Shown here piece after piece: positions 57,021 through 64,000 of a DNA stretch of 64,000 nucleotides; the first letter of the stretch is position 1, and every line of letters begins with the position of its first letter. The stretch comes from Campylobacterota bacterium. Lineage in GTDB: Bacteria; Campylobacterota; Campylobacteria; Campylobacterales; Nitratiruptoraceae. Location: contig JAADDW010000013.1 in NCBI GenBank assembly GCA_013153715.1, positions 28,765 to 92,764 of the forward strand, given 5' to 3'. The notes under the pieces are model-generated. The model was given only the letters and a program-made list of their open reading frames with translations. It had not been told where the DNA came from and searched no databases. The translations under genes were made by a program, and so were the position numbers.

Positions 57021-59114
57021 ATGGACCTGAAAGATCCAAAACTCTACATTAATCGGGAACTCTCTTGGCTCCGCTTCAACACCCGTGTCCTGGAAGAGGC
57101 CCAGGATAGGACCAATCCCCTCCTGGAGAGGTTGAAATTCATAGCCATCTACGGAACCAATTTAGATGAGTTCTATATGATTCGGGTGGCGGGATTGAAG
57201 AAGCTCTTCAAATATGGAATTCGGGTGACCGGTCCGGACAAAATGACCCCCTTGGAACAGCTCCAGGCCATCAGAGAGTATCTCCACAGAGAGAAGAAGA
57301 GCCTGGAGAAGACCTTTTTCGAGATCATAGAGGCCCTCAAAAAGGAGGGACTCTGGCTCAAGAACTACCAGGAGCTCGACGGTCCCTCCAAAGAGAGGAT
57401 CAACAACTATTTTTATACCAATCTCTACCCTGTCATTCTCCCCATTGCCGTCGATGCCACCCACCCCTTTCCCCACCTCAATAATCTCTCCTTCGCCCTG
57501 GTTCTGAAACTCCACGATCCCCAAGAGGGAGAGATCAAATATGGATTGGTTCGAATCCCCCGGGTCCTCCCCCGATTTATAGAGCTGGAGAATACCTACA
57601 TTCCGATTGAATCTGTTGTCCAGGCCCATCTGGAATCCCTCTTTCCGGGCTATAGGGTTCTGGCTTCCGCCCCCTTTCGGGTTACCCGAAATGCAGATAT
57701 AGAGATTGAAGAGGAAGAGGCCGACGACTTCATGGAACTCCTGGAAGAGGGGTTAAAACTGAGGCGGAAAGGGGAGATCGTACGGCTGGAGATCGGGGCC
57801 GGTGCGGAGGAGGATCTTGTAGAGTTTCTCAACGACCATCTCAAAATCCATAGGGAAGATATATACTACTATAATATTCCCCTCAATCTCGGCTCCCTCT
57901 GGGAGATCGTCTCAAACAAGAACTTCCCCCACCTCCTCTTTGAGCCCTACACCCCCAAAATCCTCCCCCCTCTGGACAGTAACGAACCCATTCTGACCAT
58001 CCTCGAACATGAAGAGGATATTATGCTCTACCACCCCTACGAGAGTTTCGATCCTGTGGTCCGCTTCATCAAAGAGGCCAGCAAAGACCCGGATGTTCTC
58101 GCTATCCGTATGACCCTCTACCGGGTCGGAAAGAACTCTCCCATTGTGAAGGCCCTCATTGAGGCCGCCGAAAGTGGGAAGCAGGTGACAGCTATGGTGG
58201 AGCTGAAAGCCCGCTTCGACGAGGAGAACAACCTCATCTGGGCCAGGAGGCTGGAACAGGCGGGGGCCCATGTGATCTTCGGTATCCCGGGCTTCAAGGT
58301 CCATGCCAAGATAGCCCAGGTCATCAAGAGGGATGGGGAGAGATTGAAGCAATATACCCATCTGGCCACAGGGAATTACAACCCCTCCACCGCCCGGATC
58401 TATACCGATGTGAGCTACTTCACGACGAGGAAGGAGATTACCGACGACTCGACCCGCTTCTTCCACTATCTGACAGGCTTTTCCAAGAGGGGGAAACTCC
58501 AGACCCTCTACATGTCTCCCACCCAGATAAAGCCCAAACTCCTCTCCCTCATCGAGAAGGAGCGGGAGCGGGGAGAGGAGGGGCATATCATCGCCAAAAT
58601 GAACGCCCTGGTCGATCAAGATGTGATAGAGGCCCTCTACAGAGCCTCCATGGCCGGTGTGAAGATAGACCTCATCGTCAGGGGAATCTGCTGTCTCCGT
58701 CCCGGCATAGAGGGGGTCAGCGAGACCATACGGGTCATCTCCATCGTCGGGAAGTATCTGGAGCATGCACGGATATTCTACTTCAGACATGGAGAGCCCC
58801 AGCTCTTCATCTCCAGTGCCGACTGGATGCCCCGAAACTTGGAGAGGCGGATCGAGCTGATGACCCCTATCTTCGATAGAGAGATAGCAGACAGACTCCA
58901 GGAGATTCTCAATATCCAACTGAAGGATAATGTGAAGGCGAGGGAGCTCCAACCGGACGGGGAGTACCGCAAACTCCACCCTCCCAAGGGAAAACCTCCC
59001 ATCAACTCCCAGCTCCTGATGGAGGAATATACTAAAATCCTCTATAATACCCACAGAAAGAATACAACATCCAGGGCCAAGAAATTGGCCAAGCGGTTAC
59101 TGAAGGAGAGCTGA
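57021..59114 (+). CDS. ppk: Polyphosphate kinase 1
   Basis: N-terminus [19 protein letters not shown], with two PLD-like HKD-type domains (KVHAKIAQV). 697 aa. Confidence 0.95.
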   Translation: MDLKDPKLYINRELSWLRFNTRVLEEAQDRTNPLLERLKFIAIYGTNLDEFYMIRVAGLKKLFKYGIRVTGPDKMTPLEQLQAIREYLHREKKSLEKTFFEIIEALKKEGLWLKNYQELDGPSKERINNYFYTNLYPVILPIAVDATHPFPHLNNLSFALVLKLHDPQEGEIKYGLVRIPRVLPRFIELENTYIPIESVVQAHLESLFPGYRVLASAPFRVTRNADIEIEEEEADDFMELLEEGLKLRRKGEIVRLEIGAGAEEDLVEFLNDHLKIHREDIYYYNIPLNLGSLWEIVSNKNFPHLLFEPYTPKILPPLDSNEPILTILEHEEDIMLYHPYESFDPVVRFIKEASKDPDVLAIRMTLYRVGKNSPIVKALIEAAESGKQVTAMVELKARFDEENNLIWARRLEQAGAHVIFGIPGFKVHAKIAQVIKRDGERLKQYTHLATGNYNPSTARIYTDVSYFTTRKEITDDSTRFFHYLTGFSKRGKLQTLYMSPTQIKPKLLSLIEKERERGEEGHIIAKMNALVDQDVIEALYRASMAGVKIDLIVRGICCLRPGIEGVSETIRVISIVGKYLEHARIFYFRHGEPQLFISSADWMPRNLERRIELMTPIFDREIADRLQEILNIQLKDNVKARELQPDGEYRKLHPPKGKPPINSQLLMEEYTKILYNTHRKNTTSRAKKLAKRLLKES

Positions 59115-59650
59115 TGCTTCTGAGATACAGAGAGTGGTTTCCCCTCTGCGGCCCCGATGTCTGGATCGCCCCCACAGCCACCGTCATCGGTGATGTGAAG
59201 ATCGGGAAGGAGAGCTCCATCTGGTTCGGAGCAGTTGTACGGGGAGATGTCCACTCCATCACAATTGGGGAGCGGACCAATATCCAAGACCTGACGATGA
59301 TCCATGTGACCCACTATACCAAAGAGGATAGGAGCGACGGCTTCCCCACAGTTATTGGAAACGATGTGACGGTGGGCCATAGGGTGATGCTCCATGGCTG
59401 TACCATTGAAGATGGCTCTCTCATCGGAATGAATGCTACAATCCTGGACGGAGCTGTAATCGGGAGGGAGTCCATTGTTGGAGCGGGGGCCCTGGTGACT
59501 GGGGGAAAGGTCTTCCCTCCCCGCTCCCTCATTCTCGGCTCCCCAGCCCGGGTGGTTCGGGAGTTGAGGGATGAAGAGGTAGAGGAGCTCTACGCCTCTG
59601 CCCGACGGTATGTGGAGTATATGAGGGAGTATATCGACCACATCAGGTGA
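59114..59650 (+). CDS. Gamma-carbonic-anhydrase-like hexapeptide-repeat protein (YrdA/PaaY family)
   Basis: Left-handed beta-helix repeats (VIGDVKIGKESSIWFGAVVRGD, VGHRVMLHGCTIEDGSLIGMNATI). TGATG overlap with ppk. Confidence 0.85.
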   Translation: MLLRYREWFPLCGPDVWIAPTATVIGDVKIGKESSIWFGAVVRGDVHSITIGERTNIQDLTMIHVTHYTKEDRSDGFPTVIGNDVTVGHRVMLHGCTIEDGSLIGMNATILDGAVIGRESIVGAGALVTGGKVFPPRSLILGSPARVVRELRDEEVEELYASARRYVEYMREYIDHIR

Positions 59651-59670
59651 AACTGAAGGGAAACTGGAAG

Positions 59671-59689
59671 AAATTTATCAGATAAATTT
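59671..59689. promoter_or_regulatory. Perfect 19-bp palindrome AAATTTATC-A-GATAAATTT upstream of sqr
   Basis: The 9-bp arms are perfectly complementary. It lies 21 nt after the preceding stop and 123 nt before the sqr ATG. Confidence 0.4.
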
Positions 59690-59755
59690 ATAAGACCTAT
59701 CACTGGCTATTATAAGTTTAAGATTTGGTTCCATTTTTCCTTTACATTATCTTTT

Positions 59756-59800
59756 TTTAAAGATTGGAGGGATATAATACAGTGTTACTAAATCTTTAAA
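59756..59800. promoter_or_regulatory. 10-bp inverted repeat TTTAAAGATT-N25-AATCTTTAAA bracketing a TATAAT box upstream of sqr
   Basis: The arms at 59756..59765 and 59791..59800 are perfectly complementary, and TATAAT lies at 59773..59778. The right arm touches the RBS (AAAGGGG). A third related copy, TTTAAGATTTGG, lies at 59717..59728. Confidence 0.4.
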
Positions 59801-59811
59801 GGGGTTTAAGA

Positions 59812-61284
59812 ATGGCTAGAATCGTTGTGCTGGGTGCGGGAGTATCGGGACATACCGCTGCCACTTTCGCCAAACATTGGCTCGGAGATAAACATGAGGT
59901 GGTAGTTGTCTCTCCCAATAGCAAGTGGAACTGGATTCCCTCCAATATCTGGGTCGGTGTTGGGGAGATGAGTCCAGAAGATGTGGTCTTCGAATTGGCT
60001 CCTGTCTATAAGAAGGCCGGTATCGACTTCCGGCAAGCGAAAGCGATCTCTATCCACCCGGAAGGGAAAAAAGAGAGTGACAAACCCTTTGTAACAATCG
60101 AATATACAGACCCCAACAGGGCAGGGGAGACCGAGGAGATCGAGTATGACTACCTCATCAATGCGACCGGTCCCAAGCTGAAATTTGAGGCCACTCCGGG
60201 ACTGGGACCCGATGCCAACTCCCTCTCTGTCTGTACCTACGGCCACGCCGCCGAAGCCAATACCCACTTCCAAGAGGCCATTGAACGGATGAAGAAGGGG
60301 GAGAAACAGAAGTTCCTCATCGGAACGGGTCACGGTATGTGTACCTGCCAAGGGGCGGCCTTCGAGTATATCTTCAACATCGAACATGAGCTCAACAGGG
60401 CCGGAGTTCGGGACAAAGCGGAGATCAAGTGGATCTCCAATGAGCAGTTCCTCGGAGATTTCGGGGTTGCAGGACTCCACATCAAGTGGGGAGGCCACAT
60501 TGTGAGCTCCAAAGTTCTCGCCGAGTCCCTCTTTGCCGAGCGGGGGGTTGACTGGATTACAGGGGCCCATGTGAAAGAGGTCCAGAAGGGAAAACTGGCC
60601 TACGAGCTCCTCGACGGAACAGAAGGAGAGGAAGAGTTCGATTTCGCCATGCTCATTCCACCCTTCAGCGGTGTCGGACTGAAGGCCTACGACAAAGAGG
60701 GGAACGACATTACAGATAAGCTCTTCGCTCCCAACGGCTTCATGAAGGTCGATGCAGACTACACCCAGAAACCCTTTGAAGAGTGGAAGGCCAGCGACTG
60801 GCCCAAGTACTACCAGAACCCGGATTACAAGAATATCTTCGCCGTCGGTATCGCATTTGCGCCACCCCACCCCATCTCAAAACCTGCCAAATCGGTCAAC
60901 GGAACACCGATTACACCGGCACCTCCAAGGACAGGTATGCCCTCTGGAATTATTGGAAAGACGGTGGCCCAGACCATCACAGAGGTTATCCAAGGGAAGT
61001 ACAGCCTCGATGAGGTGACAGAGAAGGGACACCACGCCTCTATGGCCGAAATGGGAGCGGCCTGTGTTGCCTCTACAGGAAAGGGTATCTTTGACGGAAG
61101 TGCGGTAGCCCTCACAGTCTATCCTGTTGTCCCCGACTACGATCGCTATCCAGGAACGGGACGGGATCCAGAGTACACCTTCGGTGAGATCGGTCTGGCA
61201 GGCCACTGGATCAAACATATTCTCCACCACATGTTCATGTGGAAGGCCCAGCTCAAACCTGGCTGGACAATTATCCCCGAATAA
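59812..61284 (+). CDS. sqr: Sulfide:quinone oxidoreductase-family flavoprotein
   Basis: N-terminal FAD fold IVVLGAGVSGHTAA. SQR-type redox cysteines occur in GMCTCQGAAFEY and MGAACVAS. The C-terminus is amphipathic. 490 aa. I did not assign an SQR type. Confidence 0.82.
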   Translation: MARIVVLGAGVSGHTAATFAKHWLGDKHEVVVVSPNSKWNWIPSNIWVGVGEMSPEDVVFELAPVYKKAGIDFRQAKAISIHPEGKKESDKPFVTIEYTDPNRAGETEEIEYDYLINATGPKLKFEATPGLGPDANSLSVCTYGHAAEANTHFQEAIERMKKGEKQKFLIGTGHGMCTCQGAAFEYIFNIEHELNRAGVRDKAEIKWISNEQFLGDFGVAGLHIKWGGHIVSSKVLAESLFAERGVDWITGAHVKEVQKGKLAYELLDGTEGEEEFDFAMLIPPFSGVGLKAYDKEGNDITDKLFAPNGFMKVDADYTQKPFEEWKASDWPKYYQNPDYKNIFAVGIAFAPPHPISKPAKSVNGTPITPAPPRTGMPSGIIGKTVAQTITEVIQGKYSLDEVTEKGHHASMAEMGAACVASTGKGIFDGSAVALTVYPVVPDYDRYPGTGRDPEYTFGEIGLAGHWIKHILHHMFMWKAQLKPGWTIIPE

Positions 61285-61302
61285 TCTAGAGAAGGAGCGG
61301 AG

Positions 61303-61482
61303 ATGGCAAAAGATTACCAGGAGATACAGAAGAATATCACCCCCTACGATAATAAGACCTACGGCACAATGATCCCCGGACCCTTCCAGCGGTTCTTGAG
61401 GAAGTGTATTATCTGGCAGTTCATCAGATTTATCGTTATCAATCTAAAGATGCTCATGGTGGTGGCCAAATCCCACCACTGA
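61303..61482 (+). CDS. Small membrane protein (59 aa), below the ORF-track cutoff
   Basis: An ATG sits 5 nt after GAAGGAG. Sequence MAKDYQEIQKNITPYDNKTYGTMIPGPFQRFLRKCIIWQFIRFIVINLKMLMVVAKSHH. One hydrophobic helix. 18 nt after the sqr stop and 37 nt before the next gene. Confidence 0.6.
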   Translation: MAKDYQEIQKNITPYDNKTYGTMIPGPFQRFLRKCIIWQFIRFIVINLKMLMVVAKSHH

Positions 61483-61519
61483 TCTCTGGGGGGCCTCCCC
61501 CACCACCGAAGGGGAAGAG

Positions 61520-62317
61520 ATGGCAGAGATACTCACCTACCCGGACCAGAGGCTCCTCCAGATCTCTGGGTTGGTCCGTGATTTCAAAGATCCTCAACTC
61601 GATGAGATCATCGACGAACTCAAGAGGAGCGCCCTGGAACGGAACCTCAAGGGGCTGGCCGCCATCCAGATCGGCATCCCTCTCCGTATCATTCTCTTCC
61701 GTAGAGAGGGCGGAGAGTGGGAGGTAATGATCAATCCGGCCATCTACGGCAAGGAGGGGGAGTACTTCCCCTCCACCGAGAGGGATGAGAGTCTCCCCGG
61801 GGCCGAGGTCACAGTCCGCCGCTACCCCACAATCAAGGTGGCCTACGAAGATCGGGAGGGGAATACCCGCTACTACACAGCCCATGGGGAGGAGTCGGTC
61901 TGGCTCCAGAGGAAGATCGATATGGTCTTCGGAGGCTATCTCTTCGATAAGCTGGATAAAAAGGGGCAGAGGGAGTTTTTCAGGAAGTACGGGAGCTATG
62001 GAGATACCTGCCCCACCTACTTTGTCAAAGATAGAATTCTGACCGGACTCCGCCTCTTTCTGATCCTCCATCTCCTCACCCTCCTGGCTGGATGGGTGGT
62101 AGAGGGGGCCCGGAGAGTCATGGAGTGGACATTCCCCCTCCTCGGGGTGGAGATCCTCTGGCTCCTCATCTATGTCTTCTACGCCCGGTACGAGACCAAG
62201 AAGTACAAGAACTGTACCTCCTGCCAGAACGCCAACATTCTAGGGACAGCCGGCCTCTATCTGGCCTCTATCCTCCTCATCTTCCTCATCTCCCTCCTTC
62301 TGAAAAGAGTTCTATAG
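61520..62317 (+). CDS. Peptide-deformylase-fold protein lacking catalytic residues, fused to a C-terminal 3-TM domain
   Basis: PDF motif 1 is retained (KGLAAIQIG). Motif 2 EGCLS is replaced by ERDES, and motif 3 QHExDH by QRKIDM. The C-terminal ~90 aa have three TM helices and a CTSC motif. RBS GAAGGGGAAGAG. Confidence 0.8.
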   Translation: MAEILTYPDQRLLQISGLVRDFKDPQLDEIIDELKRSALERNLKGLAAIQIGIPLRIILFRREGGEWEVMINPAIYGKEGEYFPSTERDESLPGAEVTVRRYPTIKVAYEDREGNTRYYTAHGEESVWLQRKIDMVFGGYLFDKLDKKGQREFFRKYGSYGDTCPTYFVKDRILTGLRLFLILHLLTLLAGWVVEGARRVMEWTFPLLGVEILWLLIYVFYARYETKKYKNCTSCQNANILGTAGLYLASILLIFLISLLLKRVL

Positions 62318-63395
62318 TCCGTTTGAAGACTCTGCAGAGCCCCTCCACCTCCCCCCTGGTGGTCCTCTCATTGGGGGCGTGGATCCTGTCATTGATGACT
62401 CCGAACTCTATGGTCTTGACCCCGTGGGCCGCAAAGAAGCGGGCGTCGCTGGTCCCTCCGGCTGTAGAGTGGGAGGGCCTTATGGAGGTGACCTCCTCAA
62501 TGGCCCGATCTATGGTCCGGACCACCTTTGAATTGGGATCTGTCAAAAAGGGCCTCGCCGACTCTGTCAGCTTGAGGGAGTAGTTCATCCCGTCAAAGTA
62601 GCTGTGGACGAAGGCCTCGACATCTTCCATAGTGGTCTTCCGATTGTTCCGTACATTGAACATCATCTTCAATGTGCCCGGAGTCACATTGGTCACCTCC
62701 ATCCCCGCCCGAATGTCGGTAATGACAAATTTACTGGGGGCGAAGAACTCATCTCCCTCGTCCAGATCGACCCCCGCCATCTGGGGGAGAACCTGGGCAA
62801 CCTTGTGGATCGGATTGACCGCCTTTTCGGGATAGGCCGCATGGCCTTGGACACCGATCTTCTCTATCACTCCATTGATGGATCCCCTCCTCCCGATCTT
62901 TATGGTATCGCCGAAGGTACTCTCGCAGGTCGGCTCCGCCACAATGGCGTAGTCCGGAATGAGTCCGAGGGGTTCCAACTCCTCCAGGACATAGCGGGTC
63001 CCCCACCTGGCCTCTCCCTCCTCATCGCTGGTAATGAGGAGAGAGAGGGTTCCATTGAAGGATTCAACCTCCTTGAGGGCTTGGAGAGAGGCGGCCACTC
63101 CGCTCTTCATATCCTGAGCCCCCCGTCCGTAGATATACTCTCCCTCCCACCGAGGCTGGAAGGGGTCACTCTCCCACCCCTCCCCAGGGGGGACTACATC
63201 GATATGGCCTCCAAAGCAGAGATGGTCCCCCTCCCCAAACTTTCTATAGAGAAAGAGGTTTCTCACCCCCTCCTTCTCAAACCAGAGGGCCTCATAGTCT
63301 GGAAGGTACTCCCTAATAAAATTCAGACTCCCACACTCCCTAGGTGTGATGGTGGGGAAGCGGAGGAGCTCTTCAAAGAGTTCAATGACCTCCAT
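62286..63395 (-). CDS. dapE: Succinyl-diaminopimelate desuccinylase (M20 peptidase)
   Basis: LCFGGHIDVVPPG, ITSDEEG and the dimerisation-domain layout typical of DapE. 369 aa. Confidence 0.9.
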   Translation of the reverse strand: MEVIELFEELLRFPTITPRECGSLNFIREYLPDYEALWFEKEGVRNLFLYRKFGEGDHLCFGGHIDVVPPGEGWESDPFQPRWEGEYIYGRGAQDMKSGVAASLQALKEVESFNGTLSLLITSDEEGEARWGTRYVLEELEPLGLIPDYAIVAEPTCESTFGDTIKIGRRGSINGVIEKIGVQGHAAYPEKAVNPIHKVAQVLPQMAGVDLDEGDEFFAPSKFVITDIRAGMEVTNVTPGTLKMMFNVRNNRKTTMEDVEAFVHSYFDGMNYSLKLTESARPFLTDPNSKVVRTIDRAIEEVTSIRPSHSTAGGTSDARFFAAHGVKTIEFGVINDRIHAPNERTTRGEVEGLCRVFKRTIELFSEGGR

Positions 63396-63933
63396 TGTCC
63401 TCCCTGAAATTTTTGATCATGGAGAGATAGTCCCCAATATTTTCAAAGCGATGGTTCCCTCCATACTCCACGACCCGCCTCTGGTTCCTGTAGCGGTCCA
63501 GGGCCAACCTGTAATCGAGGACCTCATCGCCGCTCTGGAGGAGGACGAGGAAGAGGTTCCTCCGAATGTGGTGGGTATCATACTCCATGAGCTCCTTAAT
63601 ATACTCCCTCTTCCACTGAAAGGGGGTACCGTCACAGAACCGCCTCTGCTCCCCGATGAAATCCTTCAAAGTCTCATAGGGGCGGGTAGAGGGGTTGAGG
63701 AGGACCCCCTTGATCCTATATTTGTGGCCCAAATAGGTGGCGTAGTACCCTCCCAGGGAGGAGCCGATGAGGAGGTCTATATCTCCCTCTCCAATCCGTC
63801 TCTCCAGAAATTTTACAGCTTCCAGGGGGCGAGGGGGGAGGTCGGGGGCCTCCAGATCTCCAAAATACTCCTTGAGGGTCCTACTCTTCTCTCCCCATCC
63901 GCAGGAACCGAAGCCGTGGATATAGAGGATCAT
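63382..63933 (-). CDS. yqiA: YqiA-like alpha/beta hydrolase (esterase)
   Basis: Starts MILYIHGFGS, with nucleophile elbow LIGSSLGG and a C-terminal GGNHRF. 183 aa. Confidence 0.75.
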   Translation of the reverse strand: MILYIHGFGSCGWGEKSRTLKEYFGDLEAPDLPPRPLEAVKFLERRIGEGDIDLLIGSSLGGYYATYLGHKYRIKGVLLNPSTRPYETLKDFIGEQRRFCDGTPFQWKREYIKELMEYDTHHIRRNLFLVLLQSGDEVLDYRLALDRYRNQRRVVEYGGNHRFENIGDYLSMIKNFREDNGGH

Positions 63934-64000
63934 CGTGGATCTTCGTAGAAGATGTAGTTTGTCGAGTAGTCGCTGAATTCAAAGTAGACCTTCTTCCGTT
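63930..64000 (-). CDS. 3' end of an unidentified gene (5' part outside the window)
   Basis: The minus-strand frame reads ...RKKVYFEFSDYSTNYIFYEDPR, ending at a TGA that forms an ATGA overlap with the yqiA-like start. Confidence 0.4.
   Translation of the reverse strand, partial: RKKVYFEFSDYSTNYIFYEDPR

Overview
This 64-kb chromosomal segment reads like a moderately GC-rich Campylobacterota (epsilonproteobacterial) genome. As far as I recall, three gene orders match Helicobacter/Campylobacter synteny: hemC-dsb-fxsA-proS-hemA-ispB-HP0242-like, ppiD-like-ftsA-ftsZ, and hemE-radical SAM. I support about 58 protein genes, one tRNA-Asn(GTT), one gene remnant and one 59-aa ORF that falls below the ORF-track cutoff. 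I saw no rRNA, CRISPR array, transposase or integrase.

Packing is very tight. Many same-strand genes overlap by 1 to 4 nt (ATGA or TGATG junctions), and convergent genes overlap by up to 75 nt. Many of the longest ORFs in the track are antisense shadows of real genes and were rejected.

Most of the window is housekeeping:
- DNA and translation: valS, proS, gyrA, dnaB, priA.
- Cell division: ftsA, ftsZ.
- Haem and isoprenoid synthesis: hemA, hemC, hemE, ispB, ispG.
- Other metabolism: asd, dapE, bioA, ppk, mgtE.

Four regions are worth a second look:
1. A nitrogen-assimilation block at 30.7-41.7 kb contains nirA, a NasA-type molybdoenzyme and a fused DmsB-like FeS / DmsC-like 8-TM protein. It also contains a PP2C-Ser/Thr kinase fusion coupled to narK, and a divergent glnB-amtB pair. 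The architecture suggests a membrane-anchored, quinol-linked assimilatory nitrate reductase.
2. An sqr operon at 59.7-62.3 kb has palindrome-rich control DNA, the unlisted 59-aa membrane ORF, and a peptide-deformylase-fold protein. That protein has lost all metal and catalytic residues and is fused to a 3-TM CxxC domain.
3. A leaderless Pmp-type beta-helix protein sits between a radical SAM gene and tRNA-Asn, next to a 423-bp ORF-free, AT-rich spacer.
4. A pseudopilin operon lies upstream of priA-ispG-dnaB-comEC.

All functional calls come from motif recognition by eye, not from searches.
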